Below are positions 13,736-29,886 of a DNA stretch of 64,000 bases, piece after piece. The notes under the pieces were generated by a model. It was not told the DNA's origin, did not search any database, and saw only the letters and a list, made by a program, of their open reading frames with translations. Position 1 is the stretch's first letter. Each line of letters starts with the position of its first letter. Origin of the DNA: Eledone cirrhosa (lineage: Eukaryota); assembly GCA_964016885.1 (NCBI GenBank), contig OZ024740.1:157294001-157358000 (forward strand), read 5' to 3'. The position numbers and the translations under genes were made by a program.

Positions 13736-13980
13736 TACAATAGATAAGTACTACAATACTAAGAACCATACTTGAATCAAATATGAGAATATCAACATAT
13801 CAAAAGCCATATCCAAACCGAAAACGAAATGCCAAAACTTGCAATGGAGTATGCTGGTGCAGTGTGTTGATTGTTCAGTTTGATGCACCGTAACGCAGAA
13901 GTAATTTTGATATCCTAGAATTACAACTGCTCTCTTTGGTATCAACAGTTCATTTACCACGGACGATGTCGTCACCATAA

Positions 13981-14082
<102 letters not shown>

Positions 14083-15675
14083 ACCTTACCACTACTATAT
14101 ATATATTTAACTGTTCGGGCAGAGCGAATTTGCAACATATCCATAATATAGTATAATATCATGTGGCAGATATAAAGTTCTTGTTGCCGAAAACCCAGAT
14201 TCCAAATGCAAAATATGAAGCCCATTGATCAGAACACAAAGGCTCAGCATGCTTAAAATCTGATAATGGAATCTATAATTTCAGAGTGCACAATACAATA
14301 TTTAAACTTCAGAATACAGTATTAAAAGTATAGAATATCAAATCAGTTATAACAATAAATGAATTGGAGCTTAGTGCGCTTACCTGCAAGGATAGAGGAG
14401 GTTGCAGCGTCAGTTTAAAAGTTCACTTCATGACGTCTTTCTTGTTGTCCGCGACAATTGTCGACATTTCTTCAATCTCAATCTCCTCGCCGTCGGTTAT
14501 ATGCTGAATTGGAAGAAATTTCACCTTCTCGTTGTTCCATCTGCGTCTCGTAGTGATGGTATAGAAGATGAGGTCACTTCGTATATTTCCTTTTCCACTT
14601 TGGCTATTATCGGAGCTCCGATCGGTGGTGCTTAGGGATCTGCATCAACAAAAGGTGTTATCTGCACATTAGGCGTCTACTATTATGACTGAATCTGCTA
14701 TTGTCTAATATTCTCCTTTACCTTTCAATATTCTCTTCTTGGCAAAAGGATCTCAAGTGGCCTTGACTGTCACACGTGTGACGGCAGGGCTTCCTGACTT
14801 GTATCACCAGCCAGATTGAACTCCTCCCCACTCCATCAATGGTGTATAACTCTAGAATATTCTTATTGTCATCGGGAGTCTTCAAGATGTGGTGTCATAT
14901 GCACACACCACCAGATTACATGTTGAAGTGTGTCACTTCAACGGTCACCACACGACGTATAGTTGTGCAAAGTTCTGAAGGTTTAACATTCGCACAAATG
15001 TCTCTGATTGTAATCCTCGTATCTGTAAGATCCTTTCACTGCGGAACCAGCCCTTGGACAGGCATCTGGCGCAATTGCAATGCCTGTCTTGTCATATAAT
15101 TCTCAGATTTAAAGACCAGGCACCCGAATCCATATTAACTGCCTTGGTCGAGGGAAAACACATCTGGCCACACATCGGGCCACACATCGGCCAAGGCTCC
15201 TTCCAACTATTTTTTTAGATGGCATATGGAAATGGAAATTCATCTTGCTGTTTCGACTCAGTTATATGCCATCTTTCTCTATTCCCTTTTCCGTGTAAAT
15301 TCCTCGGGTAAGGGGGAACCATCTTTCTCTGTATACCTCGCCTATACTTTTACCATTTCCTTGACTTGGCTTATATTGAGAAGCCGCAGGAAGCTTAAAA
15401 TGTTTACAAAAGACGAAATAATGAATGCAGCTTTTCATTTAAATCAATGTTAATAATACAAATGACTAGTGTATAAAGGTATATGCAGAGTTATCTAGTA
15501 TACTTTGGCGAACATTTTTCAGCCCAGAATAATGAGGTGGATGTCCAAATATTCCGAAACCTTGACTTTTTATATGCATGTATTTTTCCGTTGGCACACA
15601 TATTTATATTTTGTATAAAAATTAAAATTTGAAATAATAATAATGATAATAATAATGATAATATTAATAATAATA

Positions 15676-15740
<65 letters not shown>

Positions 15741-15768
15741 CTGTTCATTTACATATTTATCTTTTCAG

Positions 15769-16143
15769 GTTCATTCTACTATTCGCCAGAACGTCAACCG
15801 CTTTTTGGAACGACGTCGAATAAATTTGAGTCTTCGTTCGCAAACAGAGCAGGCGTTCACAAATCGCCGTAAGAGGTCGTTCACGTCGATGAATCCCTTT
15901 CATTCATACGACACGGAAGTCACTTCACAATTACAGGAAGCAAATCAATTTGTGAGTCCAACAGGGATTTGCGCTTCATCTCTGCGCTCGGATAAATTGC
16001 GCAACGGACTATACGAATCCGAACGCCGAGGGCAGAAAACCTCAATACAAGATTGTCTGTCGTTGAATGATGGAAATATATTCCCTTCAGACAGTGTCCC
16101 TTTGAGCAGGGTCCTGGAAACAGAGAACTGTAGTGAGCTCTGA
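15769..16143 (+). CDS. Terminal coding exon of the same class B GPCR (helix 8 and C-terminal tail, VHSTIRQNVNRFLERRR...CSEL*)
   Basis: Acceptor atcttttcag| in phase 0. Splicing to the 42-bp exon gives ...YCFLHVE-VHSTIRQNVNRF (EV motif plus amphipathic basic helix 8). Open, non-repetitive frame to TGA with a Ser/Thr-rich tail. Confidence 0.8.
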   Translation, partial: VHSTIRQNVNRFLERRRINLSLRSQTEQAFTNRRKRSFTSMNPFHSYDTEVTSQLQEANQFVSPTGICASSLRSDKLRNGLYESERRGQKTSIQDCLSLNDGNIFPSDSVPLSRVLETENCSEL

Positions 16144-16216
16144 CAAAAGTAATTAACGGGAAAAAACTATATTTTCATGTGACAAGAAATCTTACAGTGT
16201 CGATGTGAATATGTTT

Positions 16217-16247
<31 letters not shown>

Positions 16248-16283
16248 CTGTCTGTGAGTGCGTGTGTGTGTGTGTGTAATATA

Positions 16284-16347
<64 letters not shown>

Positions 16348-16350
<3 letters not shown>

Positions 16351-16445
16351 GATGTCCCCAAAAATGTATACACACTTCAACAGTATTCTAATAAATATTG
16401 CCTGTACAGGTAATCAAAGTGCGGATACATTTTGGGAGGACACTG
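16348..16445. mobile_element. Tc1/mariner-type MITE in the presumed GPCR 3' UTR
   Basis: Imperfect TIRs caggatgtccccaaaaatgtatacacactt / aagtgcggatacattttgggaggacactg with TA on both sides. Confidence 0.7.
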
Positions 16446-16893
16446 TATATATTTAAACTGTTGATTAATACAGACGACCACGCTGTCATTATTTTAGCTG
16501 TGAATGTGGTTTTAAATATATATTGTCTGTATGTTTTGTTGAATGTATGCCTTTAATTGTTTGTCAGAGAGGGTGGGGAACGGGGTTAAACAGAGGGCGA
16601 ATATGTGATGTATTCCTTATTCAGTGTGAACGTGCGTAGGCGTTTAATTTCACGATTAGTTGAGTGGTAAAGTGACAGTAACAACGGTATGCTAGACCTA
16701 AATGTAAAGTCATTTAGTTTTATTCCATCATTTTTTGGTTCCAGTCCCCATATGGGTCGATATTTTAGGCAACAGTAACATATACTGCAATGTATCAAAC
16801 CAACGATATCCCTATTCGTACAAATCGTTGACCCTGCACCCAGTTTAGAAATGTTTTAAATACAACACACAGACACACATATATATATATATA

Positions 16894-17093
16894 ACGAAGG
16901 AAATGTGGTAAGGAACCAGATGGACCATAACGCACCAAAGTACTCAATACTTAGGGTAGTAGAGTGGGTAATAGGAACGAGTAGGAACCCGACGGCTGAG
17001 CTCAAGCCGTTTCGACGGCTAATTCTGGACTAAAATGTCCAGAATTAGCCGTCGAAACGGCTTGAGCTCAGCCGTCGGGGTCCTACACGTTCC

Positions 17094-17094
<1 letters not shown>
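16894..17094 (-). mobile_element. Short 3'-end insertion of the 5565-8487 PLE family with 5' inversion
   Basis: Matches 5566-5707, followed by a ~58-bp inverted copy. (TA)n on both sides. Confidence 0.9.
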
Positions 17095-17134
<40 letters not shown>

Positions 17135-17158
17135 ACTGTATATATTATATATGTACTG

Positions 17159-17260
<102 letters not shown>

Positions 17261-18014
17261 GGGGGGGGATTTGAGTATGTATGTGATTCTGTCAGTATGT
17301 ATGTGCGTGTGTGTATTTGCGTACGCATGCAGGCATGTGTATGTGAAGTTTCATCCACCGACCCGTTGAATACCACCGCCAAAGTATTGGTTCTGGTCTT
17401 CAATCTAAAGAAGATTTTATTTTTCATTCTTCTACCAAGCTTGTAATCTCTGGGAAAAAAAGTCATAGATCATGGGTGCCACCCTTTCTCCGCTAAGTCA
17501 AAATATAAAAAGTATACCTCTGGTATACAACTAACTATATCCAAACTAACTATATACAACTAACTATATCCAAACGGGACTGTGAGGTTACACAACAGAT
17601 GGAGGAGGACGGTACCAAGTAATCGACTGCAATCTTTCCTCACAAACACCAAATATAACAGAAAACATGAAATGTTTTAATTATTTTATGTATTACTATT
17701 CATGTGTCGCATATATACATTTATATAAATACATAATTTACACGTGCATTTGCGTAAATCTAACATTCATTTTTAACAATGCATACGCATTCACATTTTA
17801 TAAGACACTCATGCAAACACATTTTATAACACAATATATATACAGAGAGAGAGATTGATAGATAGATGCGTCTGGGGGAAAGTATGTACATGATGGCTGC
17901 AAACTCTGCTAAGAGTACTGCAATCGCTTGTCAGATTATAGAGTTTGGTGTACTTTCAGGTTACGGTCAGCCACACAAACCTGTAACATATCCATCCATC
18001 CATCCATACATACA

Positions 18015-18612
18015 TACATGGTAGCTGCCAACTCGTTTTCGAGTACGGCCACTATTTTATATCCATGTAGGAGTACCCCTACCGATGCGCTGAACGAATG
18101 TGACTTTTTAGTCCAGCCAGCGACTTGGAAACTCTGGTACAAACACTACACTTGTGACAATTATTGTCACATAGTGCTGGGCCCATGGTACCATGTGACG
18201 ACAAGTGCAGAGAGATCTCTAGATATAAAGCAATGCCTGTGCCGTGAAGCTTTTATAGTGAACAAAGGTACTGCACAAAGCCAGTCCCACTCTCTTGACC
18301 AAGATGATATTTACCAAAAAGAAGAACAAGTCAACATCATTGGATACCATCAGGGTTGCAGGTGTTATATCAGAGTTTTCCTTCTCCTAGAATTCTGCCT
18401 TGACAAAGGCTAAGGGGTCATCTCTCCCGGTGATTTTGGATGGCCATTGACTCTTAAGAGCTCCTTTGCCCTTTGACAGGTTTTGTGTTTAGTCCTGCAG
18501 GATGTCCAAAGTCACCCTCTTCACCAAGAAACCTTTGTGGGGCTGCCAGTTTAGTCGCCAACGACCCGACCATGTGACAGGTTGTACTGGGATACGTGTT
18601 ACATGGTCGGGT
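18015..18612 (-). mobile_element. Dispersed repeat, probably RTE 5'-UTR-like; rearranged relative at ~26025-26480
   Basis: 18435-18558 matches 26033-26155 (ttggatggcc.ttgactct..gccctttgac..tttagtcg). 18360-18390 matches 26238-26270 in inverted orientation. Confidence 0.55.
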
Positions 18613-19126
18613 ACATACATACATACGTACATACATACATACATACATACATGTATACATACATACATACATACATACATACATACATACATACATACAT
18701 ACATACATACATACATACATACATGCATACATACATACATACATACATAATTATATACACCTTGGTTTTCTTCCAACTGGAAGAAAACGAGTTTGTTTCT
18801 TTTCTTTATTAATTTGTTATTTTATTTTGCTGCTGTTTTTTTTTTTATATATATATATAGTTTATTTTTGTTGTTGGTGATGGTGCATCTGTTTTATTTT
18901 GTTTTTGCTTTTGTTGTTTAAATTATATGCTATTTCGTTTGTCTATTTTCCATTGGATTAGAAATAAACCCTCGTAGTATTGAGTACGCAAGCTACATTC
19001 GAACCCTGCTTGAAATTATTTATTATTTACGTTTCTTTTCATGCTTCCCGAAAATCCATAAATGTCGTATTACATTTCTCACTCTCTCTTCCAACCATTA
19101 TGTCTGTCTGTCTCTTTCTATTTCTT

Positions 19127-19221
<95 letters not shown>

Positions 19222-19317
19222 TTATACATGTATACATATATATATATACATATACTTATACATATATTATACACACACACACATATTTATATATATATAT
19301 ATATAAACAAACATAAA

Positions 19318-19727
19318 TTATCGAGATTCGCATTTCGGCCCACGAAATAACGAAAAACAACCTCCGAGATGTGCGGCAAGTGCTCAATGATTCAGATGAA
19401 CCAGAGCTATGACAAAGGTTAAAGGCCAAACACACTGAGACGATAGTTAAACAATCATTCGCATAGCCAAAAAAAACGATCAAGTAATTCGGGTATTGAA
19501 AATTTACCTGGATCCCTGGAAGGTTGGTAAAATCCAGTATATGGGTTTCTGCGGCTCCTAAATCAAGTACCGTCCGCTTACATAAATAATGTCAGGCTTC
19601 TGGTAAGATGATTGAACAAGGAAGCCACTTTCTCAACAGGTTTTAGTTCAATGTTAATACAAGGACTGACTATTGCTGACCCCACGTGGGATCGGCAAGA
19701 GAGGCAACCCCTATATCAGGCGAATGA
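19318..19727. mobile_element. Diverged dispersed relative of the 615-bp unit
   Basis: Shares the blocks tcggc-cacga, taacgaaaaac, ttcagatgaa-cagagctat, atgggtttctg and cccctatatc. Flanked by TA/CA tracts. Confidence 0.75.
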
Positions 19728-19752
19728 ATATATATATATATACATATATTAT

Positions 19753-19796
<44 letters not shown>

Positions 19797-19938
19797 CAAC
19801 TAAAAATTGATTGACATATATATATATTTAAAATAAACACATGAAACAATCACAGGGGATATTTGTAAAGCTAGGTAGGTAACTAATTAAAGTTTAACTA
19901 GAGCTTCAAATATTACCTTTTAAAAAATGATTAATCCT

Positions 19939-20021
19939 CCTTGTATATATTTCATTAAAGAAATATATTTCACCAATAATCCGTAACGTCACGGTAGTCA
20001 AATCTTGGATCTTCAGCAAGG
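19939..20021 (-). ncRNA. Minimal type I HHR, disrupted by a small duplication
   Basis: ccttg CUGAAGA (t)ccaa..ttgg(t) GAAA tata [extra ~18 nt] ta caagg. Confidence 0.5.
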
Positions 20022-20311
20022 GCGAAGAAATAACTATCTGTGTTTACACATCAAATGCAAATCTGTGAGTGACCCGTCGCACGTGTTGCAATTCTAAAAC
20101 TACTAACAACATGCTAGCGTCCTCCTAGTGGCGTGAATAGGGTGGTCGACAGCTATAAATAGCAGCCGAGTCCTTTCAACCGATTTAGCTCTACAATTAA
20201 GGAGCCGTTTATATATCCTAAATAAATTTAATTAAATTAAATTAAAGGAGTCATGTCCGAGACATGCGCCGTAATATTTGAAGCTCTAGTTAAACTTTAA
20301 TTAGTTACCTA

Positions 20312-20391
<80 letters not shown>

Positions 20392-20393
20392 TA

Positions 20394-20433
20394 TGATGGC
20401 TGCCCCCTCGTTATCGAGTATGGCCATTGCACG
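20394..20433 (-). mobile_element. 40-bp extreme 3'-end insertion of the RTE family
   Basis: tgatggctgccccctcgttatcgagtatggccattgcacg within (TA)n. Confidence 0.8.
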
Positions 20434-20635
20434 ATATATATTGCATATATATATATAGAGAGAGAGAGAGAGATAGATAAATATACACGGGTGTGTATGA
20501 TTGTGTATAGAAGATTATATTAACAAGAGGAATTCCAACTTTGTCTGATTTACTCATTTTATTTACAATCCTTTAAAATTTATAATGGTATTATAATGAA
20601 ATAGTATGATAGAATATTAAATTCTAAGTGTTAAT

Positions 20636-20674
20636 TGAACAAGTACTTTCATGCTTTCGCAATCTTCAGGTTCA
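20636..20674 (-). ncRNA. Minimal type I HHR (palindromic GUAC loop III)
   Basis: tgaac CUGAAGA t tgc gaaa gca t GAAA gtac UU gttca. Confidence 0.8.
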
Positions 20675-20982
20675 TAATATGTGGTGACAGTCAAGTTTGC
20701 AATTTTCAACTGTAATAAGATGGGTAAATTTTCTACCTTTTATACAGGGAAAAGTGGCTCCAGAATGCTAAATCTTGCCAACTGTATTTCGACCAATCAG
20801 TGTGTAGTTTCACTGAATTACTAAAGCTGATTGGTTTAAGCGTCACGGCTGGTTGAGCATGTCTAACGACCAATAATTAATCATATCCAAAGCATCAATT
20901 GTTTTGCTATTTTTAGAAATGATGAAAATAGCATTTTCTATTAATCATCACCATCAACATCACTTTTATTATTATTATTATT

Positions 20983-21015
<33 letters not shown>

Positions 21016-21306
21016 AGTGGTCGTAGTCATAGTCATAGTAGAAGTAATACCCCTAAGCGTTATTATTGTTCATTTATTGTTCATTGATGCTTTGGATATG
21101 ATTAATTATTGGTCGTTAGACATGCTCAACCAGCCGTGACGCTAAACCAATCAGTTTTAGTAATTCAGTGAAACTACACACTGATTGGTCGAAATACAGT
21201 TTGCAAGATTTAGCATTCTGGAGCCACTTTTCCCTGTATAAAAGGTAGAAAATTTACCCATCTTATTACAGTTGAAAATTGCAAACTTGACTGTCACTAC
21301 ATATTA

Positions 21307-21345
21307 TGAACCTGAAGATTCCGAAAGCATGAAAGTACTTGTTCA
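21307..21345 (+). ncRNA. Minimal type I HHR, inverted-arm copy with one stem II mutation
   Basis: tgaac CUGAAGA ttcc gaaa gcat GAAA gtac UU gttca. Confidence 0.7.
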
Positions 21346-21457
21346 ATTAACACTTAGAATTTAATATTCTATCATACTATTTCATTATAATACCATTATA
21401 AATTTTAAAGGATTGTAAATAAAACGAGTAAATCAGACAAAGTTGGAATTCCTCTTA

Positions 21458-21528
<71 letters not shown>

Positions 21529-21536
<8 letters not shown>

Positions 21537-22676
21537 TGCCCCTCGTTATCGAGTATGGCCGTTGCACGAGAAAAAAAAAATATATATATATACACATACA
21601 TACACACACATATATATTAATAACAATAATAATATACATATATACATATATATATATACACACACACGCACACACATAAACATATCTATACACACACGCA
21701 CACATGATAGCAATTAACAGCGCTGCGATCGAATGTGGCTTTTTAGCCCAGTCAATGATCTAAAATGTCTTGCACAGAGTCGGCAACCAAAACATTCACT
21801 GGGAATAGCCGGCTGTGGTTGGAGTTCATGTACTTTTGCATGTCGTTTGAGCCCTCCTGCTGATTTACATTCTCTACCACATGCTTAGCAAGCATGATGA
21901 GTAGTATCTCCAACAGCAGCCTGGTAGTCAACCACTGGTCTTACTTTATGACTGCGAAGATGACTTTCGAATCCAGCTTTGCTTAGGCAGAGTCTCTCAC
22001 AGACGCTGCATGTCAGCACCATAGGAGGACCCTCGCCGTCTGGAAGTGCAACAGCAATGCCCTTCCTCACATCTCGCTTTTCGATTCGAGATGCCTCAAA
22101 GGCAACTTTCTCTCATATACAGTCTTTCTCCATTTATTACGATCAGCAGCAATATTTTTCCATGTATCAGCAAAGATGTTAGCGTCTTTCAGAGAGGCTT
22201 TCAAGGAATCCTTATACTTCTTTTTTGGTTTATGTGGCGGTCGTTTTCCTTTAACTAACTCTCCATAAAAGAGTTGTTTTGGTATTCTAGAATCCTTCAT
22301 CCTGGCAAGGTGACCACTCCAACGGAGTCGTTGCTTAAGCACAAGAGCTTCTATACTGTCACACATAGAGCTTTCCAAAATCTCGACATCACTGATGTGG
22401 TCCCTCCAGTGAACGCCATGGATCCGTCTGAGATACATCTGATGGAAACGCTCCAATTGCTTAAAGTGGTATCGATATGTGACCCAGGTCTCGCAGGCAT
22501 AAAGAAGACAAGAGAGCACACATGCCTTGTACACCTTTACCTTTGTCTTCTTGCATATGTCTCGCGGACCCCAGAGTCGCCTTTCTAGCTTTCCGAAAGC
22601 ATCACTTGCTTTCCTAATCCTAAGTGAGATTTCACTATCAAGGTTGCTGTATCGATTGACAGTGCTTCCCAGGTAT
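21529..22676 (-). mobile_element. Second, shorter copy of the same RTE
   Basis: Reverse complement of ~24587-25570 plus the 3' terminal block. Has a small deletion and a stop. TA-rich flanks. Confidence 0.92.
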
Positions 22677-23379
22677 ATATATACATGTAAATATGTTTTG
22701 AAATTTTGTATATATATATACATATATATACATATATATATATACATATATATACATATATATATACATATATATATACATATATATACATATATATACA
22801 TATATATAAATATATGAATAATCTACATTAAACAAGAGAAAGTTCATGTTAGTCTCCCACTAATTCTTACATCATCAATATGTGGACATGACAAGAAAGG
22901 AAAAAAGATAAATCAATTTCAAAAGCTCTTCAAATCGTTCTGAGTGCTACTCTCCTATTTCTGACTAAACCATTTAAAACTTCCTCTGGAATCTGTAAAG
23001 TAGGTAGCAGGCAGAGGTTGACTGAGTAAAAGCTGATAAAATATCACGCAATACTTAAGTCGTTGCCACTTTACAAAGTTTATATACATATAAACACACA
23101 CACAGATACACAAGTATATGGATGTTTTTGTTTGTTTGTTTTTGTATGTATGTATGTTTCTCTTTCTCTTAATTTCGTGTACATTTATGACCGGCCACCT
23201 TCCTGGTGCAACGTTGTAAAAGCCAATAAATTTTGTCATCCCTTGAATCGAAAGAATATTTTGCAAATTTTTGAGGTGTCAGCTATCGCGGCCATTTGTA
23301 GTCTATGAATTAGGGAGCTGTGCTCTTTGTCCACAAATCCAAGTTCATGTTTGTATGTATGTACGTATGTATGTATGTA

Positions 23380-25993
<2,614 letters not shown>

Positions 25994-26787
25994 GTAAACA
26001 TGTATATATATGTGCATGATTGTATGTATTTTATTGGATGGCCGTTGACTCTCCTGAGTTACTCCGCCCTTTGACGGGCTTTGTTTTTCATCCCACATGG
26101 TATCCAAAATCACCCTCCTCACCAAGCCAGCTTGATGGGGTTGCCGGTTTAGTCGTTACCAGTAGCGCTGAAGAGCAGCCTGACATTTTCTCGGGGCTAT
26201 GAAGTGAGAGACCCCTTAGTATTCAATAAGACATCTCTCTAGGAGAAAAACACTCTGATATAAAACCTGTGACTCCGTCTGCATCCAATGGTGTAGACCC
26301 GTTCTACTTTTAGGGTAAATGCATTTGATGTTGAGAGAGTGGGATTGGCTCCGAGCAAAGCCTTTCCTCACTTCAAAAGCTTCAAGCACAGGCATTGCTG
26401 TCCATAGGCAAGTTCCTAGCAGGACTAAAAGATCACATCAGTGATGCTCATGCTTAGCATTACTCGAAATGGAGATGTCTGCAGGCCTGTGTTTGTGTGT
26501 GTATATGTAGGTATCAGAATGTGCACAGAATGTTTAACCCAATTTTGTTAAACATCTCTAGACTAATCTATTTAATTATTAGTTTTCATTTTGATGTTTG
26601 GTTATATCACACAAAATACAAATGACGAAAATTATAACGTTATTGCTCCTCTTTTACATTATATGAATATATTTTAACGCTAAAAAGTAATTTAAACATG
26701 TCATTCAAAGTCTATTGAATGATATTAATAAAATTTACAAAATTCGCGTAAGATTTTGTGTATATATAGATACACACACACACACAC

Positions 26788-26842
<55 letters not shown>

Positions 26843-26846
<4 letters not shown>

Positions 26847-27027
26847 TTAGAGCAAACATCACGGGCGCTCTATCTCAAAATTATTTTTGAAAAGCATTAG
26901 AAATGCGCAACCGGTAAAACTTAAAATCAAAACTGAATACTAACCAATACTATTACTAATTTTTACTTATTCCTAATTAAACTATTTTTCACTGGGAACA
27001 ATTTGTCAGCATTTTCTTTTCCTTTTA

Positions 27028-27032
<5 letters not shown>
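26843..27032 (+). mobile_element. Short 3'-end insertion of the Neptune family in (TA)n
   Basis: Matches ~54968-55157. Nested between the inverted arms 26593-26790/27270-27456. Confidence 0.88.
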
Positions 27033-27079
<47 letters not shown>

Positions 27080-27167
27080 TGTATGTATGTGTATGTATAT
27101 GTATGTACATGTATGTATATATATGTATATATATACATATATATGTATATATATATATATATATGTA

Positions 27168-27273
<106 letters not shown>

Positions 27274-27455
27274 TGTATCTATATATACACAAAATCTTAC
27301 GCGAATTTTGTAAATTTTATTAATATCATTCAATAGACTTTGAATGACATGTTTAAATTACTTTTTAGCGTTAAAATATATTCATATAATGTAAAAGAGG
27401 AGCAATAACGTTATAATTTTCGTCATTTGTATTTTGTGTGATATAACCAAACATC

Positions 27456-27547
<92 letters not shown>

Positions 27548-27593
27548 GATATTAATAAATGGAAACTATATTTATAAAACCATATTTATTTCA

Positions 27594-27647
27594 TTATATA
27601 TATTTCAAGGATACCAAGTTACATTATGGTATGCCTTCATCAGACAA
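27594..27647 (-). ncRNA. Minimal type I HHR, apparently missing the cleavage-site nucleotide
   Basis: ttgt CUGAUGA aggcatacca..tggtatcctt GAAA tata t ataa. Confidence 0.55.
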
Positions 27648-27925
27648 AATACAATATATAACAGTTTTATAAATAGATATTGACGTACCCCTTTTAAAAA
27701 TTGACCGTTGTTTTTGGAGGCCATCAGGATAGTGATTTGTTTACTTTAGTAAGTCATAGTGTTAAGAGTAAGTAAAAAGATGGAGAGAGAGAGAGAAACG
27801 TGGAGAAAAGAAAGGGAGAGATAGATAAAGAAAAATATGTGTCGAGTGCTTTATATCAGTTATAAAAATATTTGCTTGTTGTATCCCAACAATTTAAATA
27901 AAACTTTTCCATATATATATATATA

Positions 27926-28126
27926 TTAGCGAGAATCGCATTTCGGCTATTGGAAATTAGCGAAAAACAACTTCCGAGATGTGTGGCAAGCGCTCCATAG
28001 AAATTAGTGAACTAGAGCAACAACATAAGTTAAAAGGCCAAACACACTGAGACGATGGTTAAACAATCATCCGCAAAGCCATAGAAACGACCAAGCTATT
28101 CGGGTCAAACAAATAATAAAATATGA

Positions 28127-28135
<9 letters not shown>
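27926..28135. mobile_element. Third, truncated relative of the 615-bp unit family
   Basis: High similarity to 19318-19500 (gcatttcggc, cgaaaaacaac, ggccaaacacactgagacgat). Starts directly after (TA)n at the equivalent terminus. Confidence 0.75.
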
Positions 28136-28177
<42 letters not shown>

Positions 28178-28282
28178 ATGTATATATATATATATATACA
28201 TACCGAGGTGAGGGGAATGTAACGTGAAGTTACTGTATGTTCACCCAGCTTTATATGTTCATTCTGTCATTACGACAGCAGA

Positions 28283-28366
28283 GGTCCGACGAGCTTTTGA
28301 TTGCAGAGTCGGATCAGATCGATACAGATCAACCTTGAGCTGATCAATAGCGAAACGCGCGTCACC
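28283..28366 (+). ncRNA. Type I HHR with U4C core (CCGACGA)
   Basis: ggt CCGACGA gcttttgat..atcaatagc GAAAC gcgc GUC acc. AATAAA follows at 28371. Confidence 0.7.
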
Positions 28367-28492
28367 AATCAATAAACGTAATGAAGGCTTAACAAATCGT
28401 CCTTGCATTATTTTATATATATATATATATATATGCTCAACCGGCATACCGCTTATGGACGCATCCTAGCTACCATAAGACATATATATATA

Positions 28493-28577
<85 letters not shown>

Positions 28578-28592
28578 CGCGTGTGTGTGTGT

Positions 28593-28747
<155 letters not shown>

Positions 28748-29143
28748 TTATGGTAGCTAGGATGCGTCCATAAGCGGTATGCCGGTTGACCTCTCTATGC
28801 TCCTACGAAACAGAGTATGATAGAATGGAAAACGAAGAATCAGTGATGCATAGGAATTCAATTTAATACGTATTACAATTGTTTCCCCGGCGAAAAGCTC
28901 GAGGTGCGATCTGTATGTGGATCGAACCTGACTGTGGATTTAGGTTCGATCCACAAACAGATCGCATCTCGAGCTGTTCACCAGAGAAACAATTGTAATA
29001 CGTATTAAATTGAGTTCCGATGCATCACTGATTCTTCGTTTTCCATATATATATATATAGTGGTATATTATATATAGTGGTAGAACACTGGAAGGTAATA
29101 TCTGTAGTGGTAGAGTACTCAGTTCGTTTAACCATGTCCATTA

Positions 29144-29181
29144 CAAGCTGAGGATCTGCTAAGGTGAAACAATTGTTCCCG
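29144..29181 (+). ncRNA. Degenerate copy of the 46203-46240 HHR
   Basis: CUGAGGA..GAAAC aatt GUU is intact but stem I is mismatched (caag/cccg). Flanks are homologous to 46172-46295. Confidence 0.55.
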
Positions 29182-29241
29182 GTATGGTGAACTAACTGTT
29201 GTGTAACCACTTCTATATTTTATATATATAGAGAGAGAGAG

Positions 29242-29308
<67 letters not shown>

Positions 29309-29309
<1 letters not shown>

Positions 29310-29810
29310 TTATTAGCCACAAGGGCACAAAAGAAGGGGACAAATACAAATGGGGAGTTTACATACCGGTATATGAAAATAAAACTATTAATAAAATAAC
29401 AAATAACAATTGAAATCCCCAATAGCGGGGAGGCGTTACACAGGGGTTGTACACACCCCGAAAAAATGTACAACCCTCATCTCCAGGAGCACCAAGAGTG
29501 AGTACTCCCTTCCTCTCTTCCTCTTTTTCCTCAACCTACAGGCTTATATAGAGAGAAGGCCCAACCACTCGGGCCATCTTTGCCACATTCACCCACCTTT
29601 TATAAAATTTGCTGGGGTACAGCACCTCTCTCTCCATCCTGATTCATCTTCCAAAATGATATTTGAAAAAACGAATCAGTTGTTCGCCGGGGAGAAAGGT
29701 GTCTGACCTCAGCCCTTTTAACCCCGTCCACCATATAACCTCCTCTTTCACCATAGCCATAACACATAGGAAAACCGCCTCTCCCTCGTTTTTGAAGGAG
29801 GGTGGCCGTT
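29309..29810 (-). mobile_element. Tx1/L1-like LINE 3' end inserted in (GATA)n
   Basis: C-terminal peptide ..VIWWT..LIRFFKYH..IRMERE..FYKRW. Ends ..ggctaataaa next to (TATC)n. Confidence 0.6.
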
Positions 29811-29811
29811 T

Positions 29812-29885
<74 letters not shown>

Positions 29886-29886
<1 letters not shown>

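Larger units (their letters stand above)
20516..21465. repeat. ~385-bp inverted repeat (fold-back PLE-type insert)
   Basis: 20516-20899 is the reverse complement of 21083-21465 with few mismatches. The spacer has (TTA)n/(TTG)n and the right end abuts (TA)n. Confidence 0.92.

Noticed and set aside
14400-15200. GC-richer block, possibly an old LTR-retrotransposon fragment on -
   Set aside because: No motif could be identified with confidence, and the frames are interrupted.
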